DNA of 64,000 nucleotides from assembly GCA_030704615.1 (NCBI GenBank), contig CM060732.1, positions 72,912,001 through 72,976,000 of the forward strand, given 5' to 3'. The position numbers were made by a program, and so were the translations under genes. The DNA is from Takakia lepidozioides (Eukaryota; Plantae; Bryophyta). How positions within the stretch are numbered: position 1 is the first letter of the stretch; every line of letters starts with the position of its first letter. The notes beneath the pieces are model-generated. The model searched no databases. It was not told where the DNA came from and worked only from the letters and a program-made list of their open reading frames with translations. This document shows positions 11,962 through 26,229 of this stretch, piece after piece.

Positions 11962-14900
11962 ATGCAGCAGGCGTTGCTCAATGCAGTTGCATTACAAAAC
12001 CATTTTTCAAAATTACTACGCCTCTCTACAGAACAATTTCCCTCCTGGGTATCCACTGAACCTCCATGTCTGCATGTCATTTGTCGGCTTATAAACCCTC
12101 ATGCTGTTTCTCGCTCCTCAAATGTTCTCGTGGGATCAATTTGACAGATTTTCTTATCCTTCCTCCTACAGCCTCATCCTTGGTGGTGGCACAGGTACAT
12201 GCAAATGGTCAAGATCACCTCCCCACATCAAATCTCACATTAGGTGAGTTACAAATTCCGTACAGAAGAAGACATTCAACGTGTGTAAGAACTTCACGTC
12301 ACATCTACGATTGGCTTAAAATGAGTTTCTCTTTTTCTCTCCCTCCAGGGCTCCCTTGGATGTAATAAAATAATAGAGGTGTCGCCCTCTCACATTGGAC
12401 TGTATGGACTTGTGTAATATGGCAGTAGTGTCTGGGCAACACCTACATTGTTCATTTGAATTTTAGGTAGGCAGATACAACGTATGGCCTCAAGTTTTGT
12501 GGTCACTGCGCCCCTTCTGCATAGTCATAACAAGAAACGGAAAGTTCTAACAACCGCTCCCAGCACATATTGGCCCTTGAGGGACAGTTCCAGGGAATTC
12601 TATCATGTTCAGGCCATATAGAGATCATCATTTATATTACAAATTTGATGCCAATTTAAGCTCTACTCTGCCCACAAATGCCAGATAAGTTTCTAAAGAA
12701 GGAGAAGACGATGTTCAGAAGCTCACTCTCTGCCTCTAGGAAATGACCAATATGGAAGAAAGCTAGCCGTGATAGTGGTAAAATGGAAAAGTATGCTTGG
12801 TTGTGTGCACTTATCACATAAGGTTCTAATCAAAAGAAACGATAACATACATAACAAAGCCACATTGCCAGCTACAATAAAAGAAGGCATTCTGGGGCTG
12901 GTTGCAGCCCAACAATATGGGCTGGTAGAGAAGCCGACACCAAGGTTGACTCCTGAAGAGTGGGAAGAATTGCACCAAAAATCCATAGAGAGGAAGGATA
13001 CTCTACACCCATGTCCAATCTGCCGGGAGCATTTTCAGATAGAGGGCCAGGTCCCTCGCTCCACCTTTAGAGGAACTTGTTTAATGAGCACATCCTTATG
13101 CAAGTTGTGTAATGTCTGTTTTTTAGACAATCTGAGACGAATGGAGCCCCTCATCCCAAAAGAAGGCTAGGAGTGTATTGTGGGAATTATTTTGGGTTCA
13201 GTGGCCTGGCTGGTGCACACAGGGAAACAGGGGAGTGAGGATTCGTCGGCTTCTGATCTACCCTCTGGGAGGAAGTAGAAAGAAAGAAATGAAATGACAT
13301 GAAATGGCACTTTAGAAAGAAAGAAAATTTTACCGTCATGGAGTGCCAAGAGCCCATGGGACAGGGTCAAACAAACCAGAATAAATCAAAGTGTCGCCCT
13401 AAGATGGTGGTAAATATTTCACAGCCAGAGGAGGTCTGTTGGGACTTCCGACAACATCTTCCATAGCCGTGAAGATGTCAAGGCAGACTGTACAGGATAC
13501 AATTTGTTCCACTTGGGTACAGTCTTACTCTGGAACTCACATAGCTCTGTCTGGCAAAGGATACGAGAAAATGCTGAAGGTGTTATATCTGATGCAGGTG
13601 CTTCTGAGCTGCTCTCATATCTTCCATAGGGTGAGTTATGGTTGCCTGTTATTGTCAGCTTATTCTCTTGTCACTTTATGGTGGTTTGATTATCCAGTTA
13701 GATTGATTGGTTGATTGGGGTTGCATTGACCTCATCTGTGCACAGAGGAGGTGCTACTTGGCCACTATCTTAATAAGCTCATTTTTATTAGACCATGTTG
13801 GTCCAAAGATTTCCCCACTATGGTGAGAACTAAGACATAGGAGAATGTGGAATGAAAGTACCCACTTCCTCAAGCAACCCTTTTCGGATGCTGCAGTTAT
13901 GCCTGCTTAGTTTTGAGCGATACTCACACCTGCGTTGCTGCCCAGTTTGCCGGACAGAGCACTATCAGAAAACGTCCATTCAAAATGCAGCTCCTGTTTA
14001 CCAAATATTCTGTGCTACCAGGTGAAATTCAGAGACAAAGAATTTGTTGTTGTTGAACTTATAATTAGCTTCAAAGCAAGGTCCATGAGGGCTGTGAGGG
14101 AGACAACAGTTGTACGATCAGCAGATTTAAAGCTCCCTGCCAGTAATCAGAAGTTAACACACTACTCTGCCATTCCAAATTTTCAACTCATTAACGACAA
14201 AACTAGCTTGGTTGTTTAATTGACAAAGGTTACCAGGTGCCTTGCAGGATACAAGCTGCAATTAAAGGGTACAAAGTGAGGAAACTCTATGGTCACTTGC
14301 TGCACGGAAGGCCTCCCAAGGATCCTGACGGACGCAGGGAATGGTTCATTGACAAGGTCTCTTCCGGCCCATGGCAGCCCCTTGCTTTATGTCTGTTTCT
14401 TTCTGAGCATTTTCGCACCATTGCTTTCCATCTAATGCCCCTGTCTAATGCGTATATGCTATGATTTCTCCTATGTATGATCTAAAAAACCCATGCTAGT
14501 CTTTTGTTGCTCAGAATTTTTGTTCCACATTCTAAGTCTGTTCGTGTCTAACAAAGGAAGAATAATTCACCGGAACATTGTAAACTCTGGAACACTGAAA
14601 TATAGTCTGTCACGGCTGTGATTGTGAACGGCCAAAGCAGCTTACATCAACAACCGACCATCTACTTGGTCAGCTAGCTGCCAACCACTCCGAGGTAGAT
14701 GAGCTGTGTGCAGAGATCGACGACACCATCGCTAAAAGCAAGGAGATTTACCGAGAAGTGGAGGCACGTGACGAAGTAAACCTTGTTAGAAACTGTTGCG
14801 CTGGAGCAGGACTACGCTCCACAAGCTTGGTAGACGTGGAGTGGCAATGCATCGTTGACAAGGTGCGTCTCTCTTCCTCTCTCTCTGTCTCTAGCTCGTC

Positions 14901-15165
14901 CTCGCACAGTTGAAGCCCAACAAAGCTGCAAGCCTGAAAGCGAGCGATGTGGCAGGCACTTGAGAGGAATGACATGGAGTGCCCCATTTGTATCGCGCCA
15001 CTTCAGCGCCAGGGGACTGCTCAGCTGGCGTGGCTGAGCTGCAGCCACGTTTTTCACGCTGATTGCATCAGCACGTTTGAGGCGTTCAACGTGACGGGGC
15101 AAGGGTGTAGCGTCGCTCCCATTTGTCCCATTTGTCGCGCTTCTTACCAACGCCTCGATATGTGA
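11962..15165 (+). CDS. RNF32: RING finger protein 32-like (two RING-H2 plus IQ motif), multi-exon
   Basis: Exons: ALQNHF (~11962), CPICREHF (~12890-13050), VLLSCSHIFHR (13598-13630), CPVCR (~13897-14021), IQAAIKGYKVRK (~14248-14356), ~14641-14862, CPIC..LSCSHVFH..CPICR* (~14956-15165). Start is uncertain. Confidence 0.8.
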
Positions 15166-16070
15166 TCTCTCTTTTCTCGCCCTTTTTGGCTTTGTCCCTT
15201 GCTGGCCCTCCTGTGTTATATCCTGGGGCAGTTGCCTCCTTGCTTGTACTCGCCTTCATGGCTCTCTGGACTCTGTAGGTTAGTTTTTCCTCCTTTAATT
15301 TGATTAACTGGGCTTCGCTCCCATTTGTTAAAAACCTACATAAAAAAGAAAATAAAGGCCAGAAACAACACTCCTTAGTCCTTACACCTTGTCAAGACTC
15401 TTATTAGTCCAAATACATAGATGGTGTGTGTTGCGCCAACATCATGTATTGACATGCTAGCTTAAAGTGAGCAATTACAATTTGTGGGTAGGAAAATTTG
15501 TATGTGGGTAGATTTTGTGGAAGTAGCAACGGTTTGGTGGCAGGGAGAGAAGCTATGTCGTGAGCATTGTGGGCAAAGCATGAGCAGAATCAATTAAGCG
15601 TGAGCAAATCCGGAAAGCAAAGCCTATATCCATGGACAGGAAGGGGCCTATTACTGCAGATTTATAATGTCAGAAATCAATGATTTTGATAAGTGCGAAG
15701 TGCATGTTTTTCTGTTCATAATGGAATTTCGAACAAACAAAAACAAACCGTTTGTCGAAAGGTGAACATGGCCATGAAGGCACTTGCCCCCTAAGTGGGG
15801 GAGGAAGAGTCTCGTACTCTTGCAATCAATCTGAACACTTTTAGAAGCAGCCTTGCATAATTACCACATGAAGATCTGGGGACTATATGCAGAGACAAGG
15901 ATTCTTGTCCCATCGGTGAAGCAGGCACAGACTGTCTACTGGGCCCAGTCCCCTACTCCAATCAAACTACACACTTTATATACCACCATGCATAGTACCG
16001 TCAACATAGCGGGGCCCTGAGCTGAGACGAAATCTTGACCCAAAAAACCAGCTTATTTAAATCAGCGGAG

Positions 16071-18917
16071 TCAGAAAGAGGTTGAACTGGATTCCAAAGC
16101 TTTCTTCCACGCACTGCGCTTGAGAATGTCTTTCTGCCATGCATCCACGTGCTTCCGAGATGCAATGCACTCCCCTTGCAAAGTCATTATTTGGTCAAGA
16201 GCAGGGATGTGAAGGAGATCCGCAAGGGTATAATGGTCACCCGCAAGGTACCTGTTCTTTGACAAGTGAGCTTCATAGACATCCAAAACCTTCTCCAGCT
16301 TAGCAGTTGCGGAGACAATTAGCTCTTTGTCGAGAGGTCTCTTCATCACGTTGGAAATGAAATGCTCTCTGATGATATCTCCAGCTGGAGGATTGAAATT
16401 CTGGCCCTCCACTTCCACCCATTGGTTGACAATGGCTTGCTCTTGCAGAGTTTTCCCAAGCAGATCAGGTGCGCCTTGACCCTTGTATTTTTCGAGGATA
16501 TACTTTGCTATAGCTCGGGACTCTGCCAAACGGACCCATAATCCAGATAAGCTCAAACTTACACATAGAGACAACAACTGAGTGTAATATACATATTCTG
16601 ATTACAACTATCAGGAGTGTCATAGAGATAGACAACAGTGGGGTTCGTTTGAGAGCTTACCAAAGATCTGGAAGTCCCCGTCTTCAAGAGCTGGGACCTT
16701 TCCAAATGGCTGCCACCCCACCTCACATAGATTGTTAAACCCTGAAATGAAAGTGAAAATTGGAAACAAAGTCTGTGCGTCTGTACGATGGTCTCTAACC
16801 TTTCCAGGGAAGTGCAAAAGATTTCTTTGTTTTGTGACTTCTTGCGTCTGTGATACATTGTCATACACTACTTTTCTCAGAAACAAAACCCTCATTTCCC
16901 TTGAGCACCAAGCGCGCTAATGAATATTTGCACCAGCAGGTTTTGTCCGGCGATTTCTCCCTAGAAGCTGTCTAATGCACTGGGTGTCAGGCCCACGAAC
17001 ACAAAGCTTAGTTGTTTTGATTGGCAGATAATTTGTACAAGTATTTCTTGAGGGGCATGATTATGTACAGCTAAAATGTGACAATCACAGTGCACATCCA
17101 CCCACAGCAACAAGCACAGAGTGGAAAAGGCTTTGGGAACACCAAGAAAGAACGTCATGCTCGCATCTCTGCCTGTTTCTCTCCCTCTTTCTCTCAGTCA
17201 TCTTTTCTCCAAGCAATGCTTGCCCGCACAACTCCATCTTACATCCTATGTGCAGAGTTTGCATAGGTGCCACTTCAAACTGAGGCCCTCTTCCAGCTTA
17301 CAATCTTTCTTAATAGGTTACAAGCACCCAAGGGGCTTGTGGCAAGAGCCCTCGCAACATCTATTAGGCTCAAAACAGCAGGTTTCAAGCACTCCTGGTA
17401 TCCTCGCGTGGACAGTTTTTGTGAGCGCAATGGACTCTCTATTGCTTCACTATTGCCATGGAAGGGTGGAAATCACATCCAAACAGGATCACAACAGACT
17501 CATTAGAGGGGAGCATATGGAACTACATGTCAGGAGAAGCTACCCAATCTCACAACAAAGCTCCATTTAGAACTATCCAGAGACATTCTTGGTTCTCCGA
17601 GATGATAGAATCTTGCGGCCCAATTACCTTCCGGCGCCTTTATCTCCTTCCCTCCTGAGGGCTTCGGGGCTGTTCAGGGTGGGCTCCCACAATCTACGGA
17701 TAGAGACTGGCAGATGGGAACACCTGCAACAGGAGGACCGCCTATGCCCAGCTTGCACAGGGCGCAACCAGGAAATTGAAACTGAAGAACACTTCTTCTT
17801 TTATTGCCCTCTATATTACGAGATCCGTGGGAGATTCCACTGTCTAATCCGCCGAACTCAATCTCTCACTGAGTCTTCCACTATGAGGATCTGAAATGCT
17901 TGGCAGCTTACCTGCACGAGGCCTTCACCCTTAGAATTCCTCAAGCAGTAGTTTTCTTTTGGCTCTGGTTTTGTTTCCTCTCTCATGGTTTTTTTCCATT
18001 TTGTCGCATAAGCTCTTTGAGCTTTCCGCGGACGTTATAAAGTACCATTTCATTTCAGTTCATTTGTCTTTCTCTTGGCAGAGAACTGTCCAGGAGACCA
18101 TCTCCATTTCTCTATGAAACTATCACAATATCCTTTCTGTCTCCCTTCCACTCTCTAGGCCCTGACCTTTGTAGCTCAACAATGGGTCAGATCTCTTGTT
18201 TGATAGAGGGCCACACTCCAAGGCAGTCACGGATTCATTAGCAACATGAATTTCCGATATTAGAACCACACTTGGTTTCCTTGAATGAGACGATGGCAGG
18301 TGGTTCTTGAGTGAGTGTAAACACATTTTTTCCAAGTTGCATCTTTCTCAGAGGATACATTGCTGATAAACTTACTTGGACAGCGAGGTACCAAGGCTTC
18401 CGGTTTTCTCCCTCTAGCAAGTTCACCTTCACGAATTCAAAGCCGTCCACCTTCAACATCATTTCAACACAGGTCACGTCAATGCCTATGGCGTACATAG
18501 AGACAATGGTTGCTGAAATCTTCCCACAAAAAACAGCGTCCCCTAACAACCTCACCCAAGTTCACTCTCCAATGGCTAATTGGTACTGTCACCACCTTCT
18601 AACAGGTGGAGGAGCCACTATATTTTACACAGGCTCCCGCGGCCATCAGACTTGCGAACTCCCTCTTTTCCAACATTTGGAATGTCAGATTTGTCCAGGC
18701 ACATCCGTCTCACTGCTTTTCACTAAACTTCTGCGCAACAGTTGCATTGGTCACTGTGACACTAGCACCAGTTTCAAATTACAACAGCAGGAACGTAAAC
18801 GTGATAAATGCAAACAATATCAACTAGGTTCGTCTAAGCGTTTACCTCTTTCTCGTAGAGTGCAAGCACTGCTCGCCGAACGTTGGGAGTGTTAAAGCCG
18901 TACAACTTCATCACCAT
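16071..18917 (-). CDS. GSTF: Phi-class glutathione S-transferase, copy 1 (4 exons)
   Basis: MVMKLYGFNTPNVRR (~18845-18917), VDGFEFVKVNLL..YLAVQ (~18387-18460), PFGKVPALEDGDFQIF (~16660-16710), ESRAIAKY..YLAGDHYTLADLLH (16071-~16523). Confidence 0.9.
17260..18062 (+). mobile_element. 5'-truncated RTEX-like non-LTR retrotransposon in a GST intron
   Basis: SHNLRIETGRW..CPAC..EIETEEHFFFYCPLY C-terminal CCHC motif; ends ATAAAGTACCATTTCATTTCAG. Confidence 0.6.
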
Positions 18918-21753
18918 GGTTGCTTAGTTCCCAGGACACCTACGTTCCACAACTTCACACAGATGTCACCGTTTGGCATGTTTGCACTGAAACAATTCTG
19001 TCTACAAAGATCCTTCTTCCAGAATATAAACCTGCGTCATTAGATGAGTATACCCCTCCAAAATCCTAGTGCCAGGCGGATGGGTACCAAATAGCAGATC
19101 TCATTTGACCCCAGATGAGCTAAGAATTACACATGTATCAATGGCCGGTGAAGAAATAAGAGAAGAACTGCTTAGCTTCAGATTGACAGCGATCGTGCCT
19201 GCGTGTTATGAAGGAGAGACATACCTTTTAAGCCTTCCTCGACACCAGTGCACATGCGCTTCCAGGGACCTCTCCAAACCCACACTGTAGGTGAGCTAGT
19301 GAGATTGTTGAGCTTGGCGACCCAGCACCCTGTGTGCTGCAATAAACTGCGGAGGCGCAATTTCCTCCGAACCTTCCGACTACACACCTAGTACGACCTC
19401 GGCTGTCCTGAATGCTGTCCCGCCCACATGGGCTGAACCAACATACCAGTAGTCTAGAATACATCGTTTGACAAACGTGATACTGTCGTTGAAGAGGGCC
19501 GTGGCTTGTGGTATGACTGCCTGTGCATTGGGCCTTGTGGGTCTGGAGCTCCATCCTCTGGGCTGCTTTGGGGCTGGGGCTCTGTCCACTCTGTACTCTG
19601 TGGGCTCCTGTGCCCTTATTGATTCTATTCATTTCGAAATGGTTCAAGTTCCAAAATTACATTCTGAAAGGGGGCCCTGCTTGCAGAGCCCACCAAGTAA
19701 GCCCTTTATATACTCTCTCAGGGCGGTGGTGGACCCTACTACAAGGGGGCCCCACGGGCTCATCCTACTTCTCTGGACTGCTCCAACAGGAGGGCCCACC
19801 GCCCTCGCCCCCACCGCTTCACGCAATATGTGTAGCAGTCCCAATCTCCTACTCCATTCAAACTATCTGAACTGAGTCGACAATGCTTGTCCCAAAACAC
19901 CTCGAGCTTATTTAAATTAGCAGAGTGAGAAAGAGAGGACACTCCAGCGCTTTTTTCCACACTTCATCACCATGGTTGCTTAATTCGATCGAGAGCCCTA
20001 CGTTCCGCAACTTCACTCATGAATCACCTCTCTCATCCACTTTGGCATATTCAATGCACTGCCAATCTTATCCAGAATCTGCAGAGGGTTCCAGAATGTA
20101 GGAAATGCAGAGGCTGACAAGAAACGTGCTTCACCGTGGAATTCCAGTTTCTGTCCTGATTAATAGAACATGGACTAGCTAATTATGTTGTTTAGCCTGA
20201 TTGAAATTTGTTACTGGATGTGTAGCCACGTTCACCCACCTCCATGTAGACGAGAGAGGCAGGGCTCTCTCAATGACAATCACTTTAGACTAATGGTCAT
20301 GCGTTGAAAGCATCATTGCCAACAGTGGAATGTAGGGTATATAGGCCAGGCTGAGACTTAGTATATCCGTGGCTTTGGTTGAGCGATCACCGGAAGATGT
20401 ATCTAGATAGTACCTGTAGGTCTATTCAGCATGTTGTTGATGTTCATGGAGTGCTACACTTCGTGTGTGAAAGCTCACTGTCAAATTGATACGGATTCCC
20501 AAGATCTCTGTGCTAAGCGAGTGACTGCATGGCGATATAAACTTGTTTCTACAGTCACTAGATGAGTAAACCCCTCTGGACAAGGTCTTAGTGGGCGGAT
20601 GTGGACCGAAAATTTGCAGATCTCAATTGACTCAAGAAATTGTTTCAGAGCATCAGATTGAGAGCCATCGAGCCTGTGTGTGTGTGAAGGAGAGAGATAC
20701 CTTCAATATTAAGCCTTCGTCTAAAGTAGCTGGATGGCTCTTCCAGCAAACCTCGCAAGCCGAAGTTGAGGTGAGAGAGAAAATGAAGGGGGCACAAAAA
20801 TGAAAGTACTGTTCAAATAGGAAGCTCTCAAGTACAAGAGGAGGTCTGTGTTTTGCCCGTGAGTATTAGGTAGTCCTTGCACCACCCATGAAAGCGCTGT
20901 CCCCACAGGATACCATGCCTTACTAAGGTACAGAAGAACGTTTGTATGTGCACAAAGAGAAGGGCAAAGACGGCCAGAAGACTAACACAGGAGAGGATGC
21001 TCAGAGAAGCACCACGAAACAACACGATAGAGAGACAGCTGACCATGTTGCCACTTACCCACCATCCACGTAAAGAACTACCCATATACTTTTAAGAGTT
21101 GGTTTACAAGTCATATAATTACATCCATAACGAGCTAGTCACAGGCGCTATCTAGCAGGCCCAATCCCGTTTACAAATCAAATTAAACACTTTAGAAGCA
21201 GCCAAGGTTGCGTAAGGTAGTTACACCCAAATGTGAGCGCTTAAGCAGATATGCCCGTACAATTGGTGCAGTAAGGGGAAAAATTATATGACTGGATGAG
21301 CAATTGAACAAACAGCTTGTGGTTTGAATTGCATGAATTTTGGACGAAGTGGCTAATTGATATATATTATCAAAGTGGCAGGGCACAAAAATGCTATGCC
21401 TGAGCTATAGAGGGTACCATAACTCACTGAAATATTATCTAATATGAAGCCTACATGTGACCTGATATGCACGAGATGTGCACTTGAAATGGCCCAATAA
21501 CTCACCCAACAGCTCGGCCCAAGAGCAAAAGGTATCCTATAAAAGGCCTCCATTTGGCAAGTACGTTTTTGTTCATCTAACAAAGCACCATGGGGCCCAC
21601 AAGGCCCATGAAGGAACCTAAATCAGCCCGTTGGCAGTAAGGTCGCCATTTAAGGGCAGGCGGGACCACTTTTCACCCCAAAAATAGGGGTCCATTTTGA
21701 GACCTGCTCATATTTGGGTGTTTCTACCTGACCATGAAGAACTGGGGGGCTAG

Positions 21754-24105
21754 CTAGGCTGGACCTGTCCCATCCAATGAGGCAGGCATAAATGAACCAG
21801 ACTCCAACCCTTTCTCCAACGTTTTCTTCCACGTATGGCGCGCGGTAATGTCTTTATGCCATGCATCCACGTGCTTCCGAGACGCAATGCACTCCCCTTG
21901 CAAGGCCACTATTCCGTCAAGAGCAGGGATGTGAACAAGATCCGCCAAGGTATAATGGTCACCCGCAAGGTACTTGTTCTTTGACAACTGAGCTTCATAG
22001 ACATCCAAAACCTTCTCCAGCTTAGCAGTTGCGGAGACAATGAGCTCTTTGTCGAGATGTCTCTTCATCACGGTGGAAAAGAAATGCTCTTTGCTGAGAT
22101 CTGCAGCTGGAGGGTTGAAGTTCTGGCCCTCCACTTCCACCCATTGGTTGACAATGGCTTGCTCTTGCAGAGTTTTCCCAACCAGATCAGGTGTGCCGTG
22201 ACCCTCGTATTTTTCGATGATGTACCTCGCTATGGCTCGGGACTCTGTAAAACGGCCCCATAATCCAGATAAGCTCAAACTTACGCGTACAGACAATACC
22301 TGAGTACATAGCACTTCTTTATTCTGATCGTAACTATGAGGAGGGTCATAGAGATCGACAATAGTGGGGTTCGCTTGCAAGAGAGCATACCAAAGATCTG
22401 GAAGTCACCGTCTTCGAGAGCAGGGACCTGTCCAAATGGCTGCCATCCCATCCCACATAGATTGTTAAGCCCTAAAATGAAAGTAAAATTGGAAACAAAG
22501 TATGCGCGATGGTTGACGACTCAGTTCATCATGTCATACACCACTTTTCTCACAAACAAAACCCTCATTTCCCTCACAGCTTGAAATGAATATTTGCACC
22601 AGCAGGTATTGTCTCTGGAGCGCTTTCTCCCTATGCTATCTAAGGCATGCTCTCTAAAGCACTTAGTGTCATGTCCATGACCACAAAGCTCGGTAGTTTG
22701 GTTTGGAAAGATCAATAACTTGTGTATCTCTTAAGGGGCATGAGCCAAAATGTTCCAATTGAATACAACAGTGCACATCCACCTGTAGCAACGAGTACAA
22801 AGGAAAGAGGCTTTGGTGAACACAAGAAAGAACAATGCTGGCCATCTCTGCACCCCTTCCTCTCTCGTGGGAGATTCCACTCTCTGTTCCGTGAAAACCA
22901 ATCTCTCAATAAAATCTTCCATTATGAGGATCAGAAATGCTTGGCAGCTTTTCTGCACGAAGCTTTGACCCTAAGCAGTCCCTCAAGTGAGCAGTAACTA
23001 GCTGCTTTTGGGCTGGTTCTAGCTCCACTCTGTCTTTTATTCTTTCTTGTTTCTTGCTTTCCTTTTGTCCCATAAGCTCTTTGAGCTTTTAGCGGACGTT
23101 ATAAAGTTCAATTTCATCTTCTCTTTCTCTTGGCAGAGAACTATCTGTCCATGTGACCATCTCTATTATTCTCCATCACAAAGATCCTTTCTGTTGAGAT
23201 CCCTTTTGATGGGATCTGACCTTTGTAGACACAGCAATGGGTCACATGATCTCTTGTTTGTTAGTGGGCCACACTTGGCAGTCATGGAATCATTGGCATA
23301 GATTTTTCTTTCGCCCTGCAGCCTGGGAAAGGAAGAGATTTACTCAATAGAACCAACAACCCTCCAAGGAAGAAGAAAACAGAGGCCCAACAGACAATGA
23401 TTCAGTCCCATGTGACTTTTAGAACACATACTGCACAGTTTGGAACTTCTCTTAAATGAGATCAGGTGGTTCTTGAGTGAGTGACATAAACGTATCCAGT
23501 CCATATCATGTACCGAGGTGGACTGCTGCCCCAACAAACACCAGGATGGGTACTAGTATTCTCTGCATTTGAACTATGTCTACCCATGATTACACATTTT
23601 TTCCAAGTTGCATGTCTCTCAGAGGATCCAGAGAGAAAAGTCCTACTTGCACAGCGAGATAAGAGGGCTTCCTGGTTCCTCCGTCTAGAAAGTTCACCTT
23701 CACGTATTCGAAGTCGTCCACCTTCAACACCATTCAAAACACACGCCAATGATGTTTACATACAGTCACGCTTGCTGAAATCTTCCCACAAAAAGCAACG
23801 TCCCCAACAACCTCACCCAATTTCACCCAAATGCAGACTTGCGGACTCCCACTTTTGCAATTGATAGTTGTCATGTCAGATTTGTCCAAGAACATCCGTC
23901 TCACTGTTGTTCACTATTAAACTTCTGAGAAACAGTTGCATTTGTCACTGTGACACTGGCACCAGTTTCAAATTACAAATGCAGGAACGTAAAACAATAT
24001 CAACTAGTTAGCTTTTAGTCTTTAAGACTTTACCTCTTTCTCGTAGAGTGCAAGCAGCGCTCGCCGAACGTTGGGAGTGTCGACGCCGTACAACTTCATC
24101 ACCAT
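21754..24105 (-). CDS. GSTF: Phi-class glutathione S-transferase, copy 2 (tandem paralogue)
   Basis: MVMKLYGVDTPNVRR (~24033-24105), VDDFEYVKVNF (~23645-23720), PFGQVPALEDGDFQIF (~22390-22440), ESRAIARY..YLAGDHYTLADL (21754-~22245); introns and upstream region homologous to copy 1. Confidence 0.9.
22825..23115 (+). mobile_element. Short RTEX-like 3' fragment in the equivalent intron of GST copy 2
   Basis: Similar to 17825-18060. Confidence 0.55.
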
Positions 24106-24962
24106 GGTTGCTTTCTCAGGACACCTACGCTCCACAACCTCGCACATTACCACCCTCATCCTATTCCCATGTTTGCACTGAAACAATCCATGAGTCCGTC
24201 CAGAGTTCCTTCCTTCCACACAAAATGCAGAGGCCGAAAAGAAACCAAATAGCAGATCTCACTTAACTCTGAACTAAGATTTACACATGATCAATGGTCA
24301 GAGGATGATCAGTGAAGAACTAAGAGAAGCTCTGCTTGAGCTTCAGATTGACTGCGATCGTGCCTGCGTGTTATGAAGGAGAGACATACCTTCTTCGAAA
24401 GCAGCGCAAATGCTCTTACAGCCACCTCTCCAGAAACCACACTATTGCATGAGCTAGTGAGATTGTTGAGCTTAGCGACCACCCAGCTTATATACTGCAC
24501 TAAACTGTGAGGAGCGAAATTTCGGCAAGACCTACGGCCCCGTCAGTTAGTCAATCTTGCCTGCCTTTGACCCTCACTTGTGTCTTTCCTCAGTTGGCCA
24601 CTCCTATGAAAAAAATCTTGGTAGATAGACTCATTCTACTCGGATTAGGCAATAAATTTTTGGTGTGAAAAAGCTACTACTACGTAGCAAGTTAAGGGTT
24701 AAAGAACAAGGCGTGAGATACACAGAGGCCTTGCCATTGTTTTATTGGCCCTGCCTTCCTAAGGCAGGACCATACAAAGGGGGGTTCAGCTGCTTTAGCA
24801 CCGACATTAGACTTCCAATCCGATGGAGACTGTTGCCACCAGAATATTTTGTCCATATATCTAATGAATGACATCCCCTAAATGAACAATTTCATGGTCA
24901 AAACCAGTTTTGTTTGGCCTTTAGGGCTCGAGTTTAACTTCTTGTGTATGCCATAAAGTTAA

Positions 24963-25930
24963 CCAGCATGTAGCCCAGTGATAATGGGCACATAACACGT
25001 TGGATGCGGTTGTGGGTTCAAACCAATGTTGGGCTGGTATATAGGTAAGGACTGATATAAAGGACTGGTATATGCGTTGGTATTAGATACCAGACCAGTC
25101 TAGTATCGTTTGGGAGAATACTTGGTCATATACCAGACCAGGCTGGTATCAGTTTTTTCATAGCAGCCACAATACAAAGCACTGAAGGCCCCTAAAACGC
25201 AAAACCCTGGACTTGCCGCCTCCCCCAGGCCGAGGTTCATCTCCCCCTTCGGAATCCGAAGCTATACCTGTCAGCAAAGGGTTCTGTTACATGTTCAATA
25301 GCTAGTTTGAACAAGTGTTGTATGGTCCTGTCAAATATTGTTGGTATTCCCAACAACCATTCACCACCTTCTGGTCCGGGGATGAAAACACGTCGAACGG
25401 GTGAGCTCTTGTAGTTTCTTAGATTGATCCAGGAGATACGACGAACTGGACCGATTCAGGAAGAAGCTTTTGGTATTTCACCATCGACTCCCGGAGTTTG
25501 ATTTCCGGAAGTATAATAGTACTCCCCCGCAATCTAACTCATTTACTCTGGTATATGTACCATATTAATTTATGTGTACATTTGCCTATACATTTGTATT
25601 TATGTATATTTACTTCTAAAGCCATCTTGAATTACAAGTTTATCAAATAGCAAATATCAAGTGAAAATAAATACAATACACATAAAGGATGATACCAGAG
25701 TTGATACCTCATACCAGCTGGTATTGTGGTCATGATACTCATACTCATACTAGTATTTGGACAAATATACATCCACCATTATATAGACCAGACTGGTATG
25801 AAAACTTTGTGATACGCTTGGTACCAGGACCAGACTGGTATGTAAAAAACTTGATACCAAGTCCAACACTTGTTCAAACCACCGTTTGTCTGGAAAGCGT
25901 CATCTATATATATATATATATATATATACT
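24963..25930 (+). mobile_element. tRNA-like/SINE head interrupted by a hAT-like MITE
   Basis: A-box-like TAGCCCAGTGA (~24971), B-box GGGTTCAAAC (25014-25023); sequence resumes after 25879 and runs into a (TA)n tail. Confidence 0.4.
25024..25871. mobile_element. hAT-like MITE with 8-bp TSD GTTCAAAC
   Basis: TSD at 25016-25023 and 25872-25879; imperfect TIR CAATGTTGGGCTGGTAT / ATACCAAGTCCAACACTT; subterminal ATACCA/TGGTAT repeats. Confidence 0.8.
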
Positions 25931-26229
25931 TTGCATGCCATAAATGAGGATATTGCCCTGCGTGCCATCCGGGTGATTCAAGGCTCAAATCCTGTTACCG
26001 CGATATTTATTAATAAACACTGTGTGATCTTCCAGATTTTTATTATCTATTCATAATTACTAAATGGCATGGCTTGCATGAATTGCATGCATTTGTTGAT
26101 CATACCAAGTGTTAAGGGCACTTTGGCTAACTTGATGCTTAGAACTTTCATGTTCCCATCAAGTCTCATGGGAACAACCCATGATATAAGGTTAATGGCA
26201 CTTTGGCCAACTTGATGCGTAGTCCCTAC

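Noticed and set aside
19430-19870. Possible solo LTR between the GST genes
   Set aside because: Could not establish TG..CA ends or a TSD.
24963-25030. Intact tRNA gene
   Set aside because: No complete cloverleaf; interrupted by a MITE at the B-box.
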